Assembly: GCA_964392925.1 (NCBI GenBank)
Contig: CAYMRP010000001.1
Span: 229,585-293,584 of the forward strand
DNA from: an uncultured Gammaproteobacteria bacterium
Lineage (GTDB): Bacteria > Patescibacteriota > Microgenomatia > Daviesbacterales > UBA10151
DNA length: 64,000 nucleotides
Direction of reading: 5' to 3'
Numbering within the stretch: position 1 is the stretch's first letter; each line of letters starts with the position of its first letter. Positions 26,761 to 36,039 of this stretch are shown here, in pieces. The translations under genes and the position numbers were made by a program. A model generated the notes under the pieces. The model saw only the letters and a list, made by a program, of their open reading frames with translations, did no database searches and was not told where the DNA came from.

Positions 26761-28050
26761 ATGAAAGCCTTTTACCAAGTTTTAGGGAATACTTTAATTG
26801 CCTCAACTACTAATAATTATGTCTGGTTTGCCTTGACGTTTTGGGCTTACCTGGAAACAAAATCTGTTATTGCAACCTCATTTATTAGCGGTATGTATCT
26901 TTTAGCAACTTTAATCTCTGGTTTTTGGTTCGGCTCTATAGTTGATCACAACCGCAAGAAAACTGCCATGATGATCTCTAGTCTGGCTTCCTTAGTCGCT
27001 TTTGGATTAGGATTCGGTTTTTATTTAATAACCCCTGAAGTTCTTTTTCAAACAATACAAAGTTATCAAATCTGGGTTTTTTCCTTATTCCTGATGGCCG
27101 GGGTCATAGCCGGCAACGTCCGCAACATCACTCTTCCAACAGTCACGACTTTGCTTGTCCCGGAGAAAAATCGTGATAAAGCAAATGGCTTATCCGGCTC
27201 TGTAATGGGCGTGTCATTCACTATAACTTCTGTTGCCAGCGGCTTAGTTTTAGCTTATGGCGGAATGTTCTGGGTGATGGTATCAGCTCTGGCTTTTACA
27301 TTACTATCAATCATCCACCTTCTTCTTATCTCAATCCCTGAAAAACAAATTATCCATCTTCCCAATCAACCCAAAAATTTAGATATCAAAGGTACAATCA
27401 CCGTCGTAGCGGCCATCCCTGGATTATTTGCTTTGCTTTTCTTCAATACATTCAATAACTTTTTAGGTGGTGTCTTTATGTCTTTAATGGATGCTTATGG
27501 TCTAACACTGGTCTCAGTCCAAGTTTGGGGAACTCTCTGGGGCTTCTTAAGTCTGGGATTTATTATTGGGGGTCTAATCATTGCCAAAAAAGGACTCGGC
27601 AAAAATCCCCTCAAAACAATGTTTCTAGCAAATATAGCCATGTGGGTAGTTTCGATATTCTTCACCATTCAGCCTTCAATTATTCTGATGGCTGGCGGCA
27701 TGCTGGTCTGGCTAACTCTAGTTCCTTTTGTTGAAGCCTCAGAACAAACTATTATTCAAAAAGTAGTTCCTCCAGAAAGACAGGGTAGGGTATTTGGTCT
27801 AGCTCAAAGTATCGAACAAGCAGCATCCCCATTAACAGCTTTTTTCATCGGTCCGATAGCCCAATTAATTTTTATTCCTTTTATGACAACCGGTGCAGGT
27901 GTTGATTTAATTGGTTCCTGGTTCGGAACCGGGGATGGTAGGGGAATGGCTCTAGTTTTTATTCTGGCAGGCATAATTGGTTTAGTTGTAACCCTGCTGG
28001 CAATGAAAACCAAGTCATATAAAATGCTTTCTTCTGCATATAAAAAATAA
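26761..28050 (+). CDS. MFS transporter
   Basis: The product is 429 aa with 12 predicted TM helices and MFS-like topology. Confidence 0.75.
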   Translation: MKAFYQVLGNTLIASTTNNYVWFALTFWAYLETKSVIATSFISGMYLLATLISGFWFGSIVDHNRKKTAMMISSLASLVAFGLGFGFYLITPEVLFQTIQSYQIWVFSLFLMAGVIAGNVRNITLPTVTTLLVPEKNRDKANGLSGSVMGVSFTITSVASGLVLAYGGMFWVMVSALAFTLLSIIHLLLISIPEKQIIHLPNQPKNLDIKGTITVVAAIPGLFALLFFNTFNNFLGGVFMSLMDAYGLTLVSVQVWGTLWGFLSLGFIIGGLIIAKKGLGKNPLKTMFLANIAMWVVSIFFTIQPSIILMAGGMLVWLTLVPFVEASEQTIIQKVVPPERQGRVFGLAQSIEQAASPLTAFFIGPIAQLIFIPFMTTGAGVDLIGSWFGTGDGRGMALVFILAGIIGLVVTLLAMKTKSYKMLSSAYKK

Positions 28051-28122
28051 CTTTACCCGCGGATTCTTTTTAGTTCTGGATCAGTTTTAATCTCTGCTAT
28101 ACTAATTTGTAATATCTCTCTG

Positions 28123-28554
28123 ATGCTCAAAAGCAAACATAAAAAACACCTTCATAATAAAGTCATACTTAATTTAAGAATCTTCATGGTTATTTCAGTA
28201 GTTCTGAGTGCAATTGTCTGTTATGAAATTTTAACCGGGCGTGTCAGCCTTTTACTCGCAGTATTCGGCCTGCTATTCGGAACCATAATTGGAGTTTATA
28301 CTGCCAGAATGTATCTTTTTTCCTGGGATAAAGATGCTAGGAAAGTCATATCTAGGCTCGATCTTCTTGGTATAGGAATTCTTATCCTCTACATTCTAGC
28401 TTCGATATTCAGAAGTCGTATAATCGGTTATTTCGTTCAGCCCAGTTATGTTACTGGGATGAGTATTGCAGTTGTTACCGGCCTAATGATTGGTAGAATT
28501 GTAGGCACTGGTCAAAAGATAACCAAAATTTTAAAAGAACAGAACCTGCACTAA
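28123..28554 (+). CDS. Small integral membrane protein, hypothetical
   Basis: Four hydrophobic helices are present. Confidence 0.45.
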   Translation: MLKSKHKKHLHNKVILNLRIFMVISVVLSAIVCYEILTGRVSLLLAVFGLLFGTIIGVYTARMYLFSWDKDARKVISRLDLLGIGILILYILASIFRSRIIGYFVQPSYVTGMSIAVVTGLMIGRIVGTGQKITKILKEQNLH

Positions 28555-28564
28555 GCAAAACAAA

Positions 28565-29647
28565 ATGTTGTTAAAAGTTATCGGGCTGATATTTTATCTT
28601 ATTACCATCAGCCTTTTGTTTGGAGACAGCTTTAATAATCCGTCCACCAGCATCAAGTATTTTTATATCGATTCGCGGTTTCTATACTCAGTCTTCATCC
28701 TGATTCACATATTCGTTTCTCTAGCAAATGATAAGTTTCTACCCACTTGGTTTATTAAGGTTAACAATTATTTATTTTTCCCCTTATTTACGCTTACATT
28801 TTTACCTCTGGCGATTATCAATGGTTTCACTCCTCAATTCTATCTCTTTAATTCTATTGGTGTTAATCTCGAGAACTTTAAATATTTATTCTTTATCTCC
28901 GGCTTCGTCTTAATGGCTAATGTTCAGGCTTCCTGGCTTAAAACATTCTCTCAGAAATTATTATATTTTGGCGGCATTATTTACCTAATCTCTTTCAGCT
29001 TCGTTAATGTAATCAGTCCAACTGTTTATGAATCAATAGTTAAAGAGGATGGCCTGTTAGAAAATATGCAGGTCATTTTTTACTTTACAGCTGCTGTTGT
29101 TTCCTTAATTTGTTCACTAAAATTTTTCAAAATATTTAAAAGACCCGAAGCTATCTTTTTCCTGCTTCTGTCAATTAGTTTATTTTTTATCGCCGGTGAA
29201 GAGATATCTTGGGGTCAAAGAATATTCGGAATTGAGACTCCGGAAAATTATGCCCGGATGAATCTACAGGAAGAAACCACAATTCACAATCTAGGTTTTT
29301 TCCAATCCAAAATTGACTATATTTATATGCTGCTAGGTCTGTGGGGAGCTTTCTCTGCAATGATCATTAAGAATCTTCTACCGAAACTATATAAAAAGTA
29401 CTACCTCTTCTTTCCAATGCCGATTCTCTTCTTTTATTTTTTTGCAGTTACCCGCTTTTATTTTCTAAATAAATTTGTAGTTTTCAATTATCAACTTTTT
29501 AGTTTCGAAAAAATCGGTATCGGCAGCCGCCAGGAAATATCAGAAACCTTGCTAGCATTTGGCTTCGCCATGTTCGCCATTCTAACTTCCGTTGCAATAA
29601 TGCACATCAATAAAGAAACTCAAAAACACCGGGAATATAATCATTAG
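28565..29647 (+). CDS. Polytopic membrane protein, hypothetical
   Basis: The product is 360 aa with about 10 TM helices. No motif was recognised. Confidence 0.5.
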   Translation: MLLKVIGLIFYLITISLLFGDSFNNPSTSIKYFYIDSRFLYSVFILIHIFVSLANDKFLPTWFIKVNNYLFFPLFTLTFLPLAIINGFTPQFYLFNSIGVNLENFKYLFFISGFVLMANVQASWLKTFSQKLLYFGGIIYLISFSFVNVISPTVYESIVKEDGLLENMQVIFYFTAAVVSLICSLKFFKIFKRPEAIFFLLLSISLFFIAGEEISWGQRIFGIETPENYARMNLQEETTIHNLGFFQSKIDYIYMLLGLWGAFSAMIIKNLLPKLYKKYYLFFPMPILFFYFFAVTRFYFLNKFVVFNYQLFSFEKIGIGSRQEISETLLAFGFAMFAILTSVAIMHINKETQKHREYNH

Positions 29648-29679
29648 AATAAGGAAACTAATCTGTTAATATACTTAGT

Positions 29680-30708
29680 ATGCAGTTAGGTGTTTACACA
29701 TTTGCCGATTTAGTCCCTGATCCAAAAACTAAAGAAATAATTTCTCCTGAGCAAAGAATGAAGAACCTGATAGAAGAAGGTATTGCAGCCGACGAAGCGG
29801 GTTTAGATATTTTTGGTATTGGCGAACATCACCGCGAAGACTTTTTAATTTCATCGCCAGTTGTGCCTTTGGCCGCAATTGCGGCCAAGACAAAAAATAT
29901 CCGTTTAACCAGCGCTGTCAATGTTTTAAGCTCAGACGACCCAATTCGGGTTTTCCAGGATTTTGCGGAACTGGATCTTATTTCTAACGGTCGGGCTGAA
30001 TTAATGGTTGGCCGCGGATCATTTACCGAATCTTTTCCTCTCTTCGGCTACAGCCTAAATGATTACGATGAATTATTTGAAGAGAAATTAAATATGCTTT
30101 TAAAAATAAGAGACTCTGAGAAGTTAACTTGGTCAGGCACTTATACGCCCACAATTAATAATAGGGGAGTTTATCCAAGACCCGTCCAAAACCCCTTTCC
30201 AATTTCCTTAGCTGTCGGCGGCAATCCGCCCTCAATCATCCGCGCCGCATCACTAGGTTTACCCTTAGCTCTGGCAATAATCGGCGGAGAGCCTCAAATG
30301 TTTGCGCCTTTAATTAATCTCTATCGAGAAGCCTATCAAAAATTTGGTCATAACCCCAAAAATATGTCTGTTTCGATAAACTCTCAAGGTTTTATTGCTG
30401 AAGACTCCGAACAGGCGAGAGATATCTATTGGCCCTACTATGAATCAGTTATGAATCAAATAGGTAAGGAGCGCGGCTGGCCCAACATTACTAAAGATAG
30501 TTTTGCCGCTTCTGCCTCACCAGCAGGCTCATTATTATTAGGCGACCCAAAAGAAGTAGCTGAGAAAATTATCGCACAGCACAAACTATTTGCGCAGGAC
30601 AGATTTGTTATTCAAATCGATGTTGGAACAATGCCTCATGATAAAGTCTTAAAAGCCATTGAGCTTCTAGGGAAAAAAGTTGCACCATTAGTTAAAGCTG
30701 CGGTGTAA
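29680..30708 (+). CDS. LLM-class flavin-dependent oxidoreductase (luciferase-like monooxygenase family)
   Basis: The N-terminus MQLGVYTFADLVPDP...LDIFGIGEHHREDFLISSPVVPLAAIAAKTKNIRLTSAV is typical of the LLM family. Confidence 0.8.
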   Translation: MQLGVYTFADLVPDPKTKEIISPEQRMKNLIEEGIAADEAGLDIFGIGEHHREDFLISSPVVPLAAIAAKTKNIRLTSAVNVLSSDDPIRVFQDFAELDLISNGRAELMVGRGSFTESFPLFGYSLNDYDELFEEKLNMLLKIRDSEKLTWSGTYTPTINNRGVYPRPVQNPFPISLAVGGNPPSIIRAASLGLPLALAIIGGEPQMFAPLINLYREAYQKFGHNPKNMSVSINSQGFIAEDSEQARDIYWPYYESVMNQIGKERGWPNITKDSFAASASPAGSLLLGDPKEVAEKIIAQHKLFAQDRFVIQIDVGTMPHDKVLKAIELLGKKVAPLVKAAV

Positions 30709-30760
30709 CTATTCTAAATTAACCATTTAAAAATTCCTTAAACCATTTAGAATATGTTTA

Positions 30761-31750
30761 ATGAGGTATTCTGCCGCTCACAATTTTAAATCTTCCCGCC
30801 AGCTAAAAAGGCAACGCGGCAAAAACTTTAAATTTCTGGTGCTGATAATTATAGTCTCTTTAGTTTTTTACTTTCTCTATAGTCCGGATAAACAGCCGGA
30901 GAAAGAAGTTGCCGGAGTCGAAATATCATCTCAGCAAACTGAAATACCTAATCCTACTGCTTCCGCCAGTCCTAAAGCTGTCCGTTATAAATCATTGCAG
31001 GAAGCCATAGAAAAATCTCTTGAAGGAACGACTGGCTCGTACGGAGTTTTTGTCAAAAACTTAAAAACTGGCGAATCATTCTCTTTAAATGAAAATAAAG
31101 TTTTTGAGGCCGGCAGTCTTTATAAGTTATGGACAATGGCTGCAGTTTATAAGCAAATCGAAGCCGGTAATCTGGATCCTGAAGATGAGTTAAGTCAGGG
31201 GATAGCTGTGCTAAATAGAAAATTTGGCATTGATCCCTCGCTTGCAGAGCAAACTCAGGGGACAATTACTTTAACTGTTGATTCAGCTCTAAATCAAATG
31301 ATAACCATTTCTCATAACTATGCGGCGCTTTTGCTGACCGAAAAAATCGGTTTATCTAAAGTTGCAGCTTTTCTTGATGAAAAAGGTTTTAAAAATTCCA
31401 AAGTAGGAACTGACGGCAGCGCTCCTGTAACGACCCCTCTAGATATTGGCCTGTATTTTGAAAAGCTGCAAAGAGGGGAGTTGGGCAGTAACGATTCAAC
31501 GACTAAAATGTTTGATCTGCTAAAAAAACAAAAACTGAACAATAAAATCCCTAAAAACTTACCTCCTGAGTTAGTCATCGCTCATAAGACCGGTGAGCTA
31601 GGTTGGTTTAGTCATGATGCCGGAATAATTTACTCTGAAAAAGGCGACTATATTATAGTTGTTATGTCAGAAAGCAGTATTCCCAAAGCTGCAGAAGACA
31701 GAATTGCAGATCTTTCAAAAAACATTTATAACTACTTCCAAAAAATTTAA
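30761..31750 (+). CDS. Class A beta-lactamase-like serine hydrolase (membrane-anchored)
   Basis: SxxK (SLYK), SDN-like (ISHNYAA) and KTG (HKTGELG) motifs are present. An N-terminal TM segment is present. Confidence 0.7.
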   Translation: MRYSAAHNFKSSRQLKRQRGKNFKFLVLIIIVSLVFYFLYSPDKQPEKEVAGVEISSQQTEIPNPTASASPKAVRYKSLQEAIEKSLEGTTGSYGVFVKNLKTGESFSLNENKVFEAGSLYKLWTMAAVYKQIEAGNLDPEDELSQGIAVLNRKFGIDPSLAEQTQGTITLTVDSALNQMITISHNYAALLLTEKIGLSKVAAFLDEKGFKNSKVGTDGSAPVTTPLDIGLYFEKLQRGELGSNDSTTKMFDLLKKQKLNNKIPKNLPPELVIAHKTGELGWFSHDAGIIYSEKGDYIIVVMSESSIPKAAEDRIADLSKNIYNYFQKI

Positions 31751-31801
31751 CAAAGGAAAAATACCGAGGCTCAGTTGCAGACGATATTCTACTATTGACT
31801 T

Positions 31802-31818
31802 ATACCCTAGGGGGGTAT
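31802..31818 (+). promoter_or_regulatory. Putative CsoR operator (GC-rich pseudo-palindrome ATACCC-N4-GGGGTAT) overlapping the csoR promoter
   Basis: ataccctaggggggtat sits 12 bp upstream of the csoR ATG. It resembles Bacillus-type CsoR boxes (TACCC..GGGGTA), a similarity I am recalling from memory. An AT-rich -10-like sequence (TATATCATAAT) follows it. Confidence 0.55.
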
Positions 31819-31829
31819 ATCATAATTTA

Positions 31830-32102
31830 ATGAAATCGCACTACACCGATGTTAAGGATAAAGCTAAAAAAAGAATTAATATTATTAAAGGTCAGCTCGA
31901 CGGGCTTTATAAAATGATTGAAGCTGACGAATACTGTATTGATCTACTAACCCAAAGCTTGGCAATTCAAAATTCATTAAAAAGTCTCGATTCAGTCTTA
32001 TTCGAACGCCATTTAGAAACTCATGTTGCCCATCAAATGGTAAGCGAAAAAGAAAAAGCCGTTACCGAACTCGTAACTCTATTTAAAAGGGTAAACAAAT
32101 AA
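31830..32102 (+). CDS. csoR: CsoR/RcnR family metal-sensing transcriptional repressor
   Basis: KKRINIIKGQLDGLYKMIEADEYCIDLLTQSLAIQNSLKSLDSVLFERHLETHVAHQM carries the conserved C..H..C/H metal ligands of DUF156. The ORF track extends the start upstream to 31659, overlapping the previous gene. I prefer the ATG at 31830. Confidence 0.85.
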   Translation: MKSHYTDVKDKAKKRINIIKGQLDGLYKMIEADEYCIDLLTQSLAIQNSLKSLDSVLFERHLETHVAHQMVSEKEKAVTELVTLFKRVNK

Positions 32103-32104
32103 TT

Positions 32105-32722
32105 ATGAGAAAAGAAATTAAATATTTACTGGCTGGCATTCTTATCGGTGGATTATTGGTTTGGTTATTAGTTAATTCAGGTATCACTTCGAACAAATCC
32201 TATTCAATGCCCAATTCTAGTACTCAAATGTCATCAGAAGTAATAGATTCTCATTTTATCGAACAAATGATTCCTCATCACGAAGACGCAATTACTATGG
32301 CAAAGTTAGCCTTAACAAAGTCGCAAAAACCAGAAGTAAAACAGCTCGCTGAAAATATCATTAAGTCCCAATCTCAGGAAATAACTCAAATGAAAAGCTG
32401 GTACCAGAATTGGTTTGGCCGGGAACTTCCAACCGGTGATCAGGTTATGAAGCAGCATGGAATGATGGGAAATAATTCGAGTATGCATATGGGTAAAATG
32501 GGGGATACATCAGATATCACAAATCTTGAAACATCAGCCGATTTCGATAAAGAATTCCTAGAAGAAATGATTCCCCACCACCAAATGGCTGTCATGATGG
32601 CATCAATGTTGAAGAATGGCACCAGCCGTCCTGAGATGAAACAACTGGCAGACAATATTATCACTAGTCAAACATCCGAAATTGACCAAATGAGAACCTG
32701 GCTAAAAAACATAAATAATTAA
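32105..32722 (+). CDS. DUF305 domain protein (putative periplasmic copper-binding)
   Basis: There are two copies of the MIPHH(E/Q) motif (FIEQMIPHHEDAI and LEEMIPHHQMAV), plus a TM anchor and a Met/His-rich segment. Confidence 0.8.
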   Translation: MRKEIKYLLAGILIGGLLVWLLVNSGITSNKSYSMPNSSTQMSSEVIDSHFIEQMIPHHEDAITMAKLALTKSQKPEVKQLAENIIKSQSQEITQMKSWYQNWFGRELPTGDQVMKQHGMMGNNSSMHMGKMGDTSDITNLETSADFDKEFLEEMIPHHQMAVMMASMLKNGTSRPEMKQLADNIITSQTSEIDQMRTWLKNINN

Positions 32723-33253
32723 ATGAAAAACTACACCTGTCCGATGCATCCTGAAATTAAAGCCGGAAAAAATGATAAATGCCCTAAATGCGGTATGAAT
32801 TTGGTGCCTCAACAAACTAGTTTAAAGAAAGTGGCTTTCAGTGCCACACTTCATTGTTTAACCGGTTGTGCGATCGGTGAAGTTAGCGGAATGGCTCTTG
32901 GAGCTTATTTTTCTTGGCCAAATATTGAAACCGTCATAGTTTCTATAATTTTAGCTTTCTTCTTTGGCTATTCACTAACCATGATCCCTTTACTTAAATC
33001 TCATCTAAGCTTCAAGACTGCTTTAGCATTAGCCTTTGCCTCTGACACAACCTCAATAGCTATTATGGAAATTATAGATAACTTAATCATGTTTGTAGTT
33101 CCTGGTGCTATGGATGCTCCTTTAAATTCTTTACTCTTTTGGACTAGTTTAATTTTTGCATTAGTAACGGCATTCCTTTTTGCTTATCCTGTAAATATGT
33201 ATTTGATTTCAAAGGGCAGGGGACATGCAGTCATCCATAAAACAAGGAACTAG
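32723..33253 (+). CDS. Heavy-metal-binding domain (YTCPMHP...CPKCGM) fused to a DUF4396 membrane domain
   Basis: The N-terminus NYTCPMHPEIKAGKNDKCPKCGMNL is the Cu(I)-binding HMBD. Four TM helices follow, with the LHCLTGCAIGE motif. Confidence 0.75.
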   Translation: MKNYTCPMHPEIKAGKNDKCPKCGMNLVPQQTSLKKVAFSATLHCLTGCAIGEVSGMALGAYFSWPNIETVIVSIILAFFFGYSLTMIPLLKSHLSFKTALALAFASDTTSIAIMEIIDNLIMFVVPGAMDAPLNSLLFWTSLIFALVTAFLFAYPVNMYLISKGRGHAVIHKTRN

Positions 33254-33258
33254 AAGAA

Positions 33259-33681
33259 TTATTGAGAGTCAACGTTTTCAGCCACTTCTTGGGGGTTTGT
33301 CGGTTTTATCAATTGAAATAACTGAACTATTCCAAATGCCGCAATTAAATAGACAATACAAGCCACAATTGTTGACCATTCAATTGCATTTGTTTGAGCG
33401 ACAGATGTCGGGAAAATTCCTCTAAAAGGAAGAGCAAACGGATCGCTCAGAATATAAATGAAATTAGTAAATCCGCTTCCAGTATTCGCACCCAGCGCCT
33501 TAAGTATAAATCTGAATGCTAGTAGTGCCTCGACTAATCCTAAAATATACCAAATAACTTGATAGGCTCTAAAAATGACTTTTTTCTTAGCATAAACTTT
33601 CTGAGGATGCTCATTGTTGCCAGCAAGTGGCTGACCATTAGATCTTGTACGCACTTCGGTTACCTGTTTCGTTTCTTCCAT
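33259..33681 (-). CDS. YggT family membrane protein
   Basis: The 140-aa product has two TM segments, and YQVIWYILGLVEALLAFRFILKAL fits YGGT. Confidence 0.5.
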   Translation of the reverse strand: MEETKQVTEVRTRSNGQPLAGNNEHPQKVYAKKKVIFRAYQVIWYILGLVEALLAFRFILKALGANTGSGFTNFIYILSDPFALPFRGIFPTSVAQTNAIEWSTIVACIVYLIAAFGIVQLFQLIKPTNPQEVAENVDSQ

Positions 33682-33758
33682 AATCTAATAGTAGAGCTTT
33701 AATATATGAATTGTGTAAGAATATTGTTTACTTGAGGTACTAGATAACTAAAAGCTTG

Positions 33759-33944
33759 TCATTTACGCTTCCCCAAGAATCCTAAAAGAGGCGAGCCCGC
33801 TCCTATTAAAAAACCAAATTGATACAAGCCTGTATTTCGCGCCACATCATAAACCGGATACTGGTTAAAGACCTCAAACACATGAAGTATCAATAGCGGC
33901 CACGCAGTAATTCCATTCAAAAGCCCGTATAAAAAATCAGTCAT
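33759..33944 (-). CDS. Small hydrophobic protein, hypothetical
   Basis: The 61-aa ORF has one or two hydrophobic segments. Its reality is uncertain. Confidence 0.25.
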   Translation of the reverse strand: MTDFLYGLLNGITAWPLLILHVFEVFNQYPVYDVARNTGLYQFGFLIGAGSPLLGFLGKRK

Positions 33945-33998
33945 AAATATATACTACATCCCGCAAACTTTCACTGTCAATTCATATTAAATAGACCA

Positions 33999-34328
33999 CT
34001 AATACCCCAAATCTGCTTTTTCCGAAAACAGTTTTGTAGCCGCTGCCAATACAGTTGCCAGACCAATAACTGACATCGTCCAAACAGCATTAGTTAGTCC
34101 GCTAAATCCTAATACAAATGGTGCGGCAATAGTTCCAACTCCAACAACTCCGGCAACCCAATATTCCCACATGTCTTTATCCTCAGCAGCCCACTCAAGA
34201 ATGGTGGTCACAATTAAAATTCCTGAAACTACAACGCTGGTATAGAGTGCGGCCTCATTAGTACTGTAACTCAATGCAAAAGGTGCAGCAGCCAGTATCA
34301 AACCTAAAACTCCGGTCAATAAGTACAT
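33999..34328 (-). CDS. SPW-repeat-like small membrane protein
   Basis: Two repeats of the form ..ILAAAPFALSYS.. and ..TIAAPFVLGFSG.. are present. A strong RBS (GGAGGTGAGGAGA) precedes the ATG at 34328. The longer ORF-track form would overlap the PNPOx-like gene. Confidence 0.5.
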   Translation of the reverse strand: MYLLTGVLGLILAAAPFALSYSTNEAALYTSVVVSGILIVTTILEWAAEDKDMWEYWVAGVVGVGTIAAPFVLGFSGLTNAVWTMSVIGLATVLAAATKLFSEKADLGY

Positions 34329-34410
34329 TCTCCTCACCTCCCTAGTAAGGCCATTATTTGCTAAAAAGTTTTCAAATGCATTGATTGGAGTCACAAAGGG
34401 GAGAAAGTCA

Positions 34411-34890
34411 CTATTGCCAGTCGGCTGGAGTACCTTCAACAATACTACCTTCTCTTTCGCTAAAATCTGAATACTTAAACCAGTCAATTGTTACTTTAAG
34501 AAATTCAAAACCGTCAGAGTTAGGTAGTTTTAAAATAGGCGGCCAGTTTAAAGTCTCAGGATTCTTATTAGATACTTCGAGATACCTTTCAGACATCTGG
34601 TTCTTTTTATGAGGATCCTCAATTATTTCTGCAGTTCCTTCTATCTGCAATTCAATTGGCGGAATTTCCGAAAAAATAACCAGCGACACTTTTTGGTTCT
34701 TTAGAAGATTCTTAATCTTGCGGCTTTGTTTAATAGTGACTATAAACAGCGGAAAACTTTCGTCAACAACATAATATACAAGCGCTGACTGGGGCATATC
34801 AGATTCAGGCGATACTGTAGACAGCACAGCCAGTCTATTATCACAAAGAAAATTTAAAGCTTTATACTTATCAGTTCGTGGTATGCTCAT
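34411..34890 (-). CDS. Pyridoxamine 5'-phosphate oxidase-like FMN-binding split-barrel protein
   Basis: The pattern LAVLSTVSPESDMPQSALVYYVVDES..LFIVT..SRKIKNLLKNQKVSLVIF matches the PNPOx/general stress protein 26 family. The start is the ATG at 34890. The ORF track starts two codons earlier at a TTG. Confidence 0.65.
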   Translation of the reverse strand: MSIPRTDKYKALNFLCDNRLAVLSTVSPESDMPQSALVYYVVDESFPLFIVTIKQSRKIKNLLKNQKVSLVIFSEIPPIELQIEGTAEIIEDPHKKNQMSERYLEVSNKNPETLNWPPILKLPNSDGFEFLKVTIDWFKYSDFSEREGSIVEGTPADWQ

Positions 34891-35320
34891 AAACAATTCT
34901 CCTATTAATTAGTACTATTTTGCAATAAGCACCCTTCATTAATTTATCCTAAAGCTCGCAAAGTCCTGTAACTCTCGTTCTGATGAAATTCTCGGTGCTT
35001 CCCAGCTCGTAAACCCTTTTGAGACTGTTTCAAATTCTTCTGCCATAAACTCTTCTCAGCCTGGAGGGAACTCTTCTTATGTCTGTTCATAGCCGCCAAA
35101 ATAATGGCCTCAATCTCAGCTTCCGAGCGTAAATAGCAATTATGTATTTTCATATATATGCGATCAGGAGAAGGACTTTTTCTTTGAAACTAAACATCTC
35201 GTTTTTCAAAAAACATCTCACCTCAAAGAGCAGAATCCTAAATTACAATCTCTCAATTACTTATTTCTGCCTCCTTCTCTGATCGCAAATGCATACTACT
35301 ACGAAAAGACTTTATAATCT

Positions 35321-35334
35321 GTGATTTAGATCAT
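35321..35334 (+). promoter_or_regulatory. FNR/CRP-family-like palindromic site (GTGAT-N4-ATCAT) upstream of the Crp/Fnr regulator gene
   Basis: gtgatttagatcat contains the perfect palindrome TGAT-ttag-ATCA, 67 bp upstream of the ATG at 35401. Confidence 0.4.
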
Positions 35335-35400
35335 CGAAGAACTCTAGTTGTTTATTTAAATTACACTGAAAAATGATTATTATAAGAGTATAATGCTCAC

Positions 35401-36039
35401 ATGAGTAATCAAGTTCAGTCAGAAATTGATATTTTCTTCAAGCAATTTAAACACCATCAGTTTAAAAAAGGCGAGATCATAATTCGAGTTGATGATGATC
35501 CGGGCGGAGTTTTCTATCTTACTCAAGGCAAAGTTAAGCAATACGCAATTTCCGCTAAAGGAGAGGAGCTGGTCCTCAATATTTTTAAACCCGTTTCTTT
35601 TTTCCCAATGTCTTGGGCCATCAATGACACTTTCAACGCCTACTACTATGAGGCGCTGGAAGATTTAGAAATTTGGAAGGCTCCGCGCCAAGATGTTGTG
35701 GACTTTCTTAAATCAAACCCCAGTGTTCTTTTCGATCTCCTTAGCCGTGTTTACAGAGGAACAGATGGCATTCTCATGAAAATGGTCCATCTTATGTCAG
35801 GCGAGGCTTACTCAAGAGTCGTCACTGAGCTTTTAATTGAAGCAAAAAGATTTGGTAAAAAGTCGGGGAGTGCTGTGGAATTAACCATCTCAGAAAAAGA
35901 TATTGCTTCTCAGGCTGGTATGGCCAGAGAAACTGTTAGTAGGGAAATGAAGATTTTAAAAGACAAAGGTCTGGTAACCTTTAATAAAAATATACTGATT
36001 ATTAACAATCTTGATGATTTTGAAAATGAATTGATCTAG
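35401..36039 (+). CDS. Crp/Fnr family transcriptional regulator
   Basis: An N-terminal cNMP-binding-like beta-barrel is followed by a C-terminal HTH (ISEKDIASQAGMARETVSREMKILKDKGLV). Confidence 0.85.
   Translation: MSNQVQSEIDIFFKQFKHHQFKKGEIIIRVDDDPGGVFYLTQGKVKQYAISAKGEELVLNIFKPVSFFPMSWAINDTFNAYYYEALEDLEIWKAPRQDVVDFLKSNPSVLFDLLSRVYRGTDGILMKMVHLMSGEAYSRVVTELLIEAKRFGKKSGSAVELTISEKDIASQAGMARETVSREMKILKDKGLVTFNKNILIINNLDDFENELI

Noticed and set aside
31659-31829. An upstream extension of the csoR ORF overlapping the beta-lactamase-like gene by 92 bp.
   Set aside because: The CsoR family core begins at the ATG at 31830 (MKSHYTDVKDKAKKR), and the putative operator with its -10 lies inside the extension. 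So the short form is correct.
34944-35153. A 69-aa basic ORF upstream of the crp/fnr gene.
   Set aside because: It has no ribosome-binding site and its composition, K/R/Q-rich, is typical of a random AT-rich frame. It more likely lies within the promoter and regulatory region that contains the FNR-like site.
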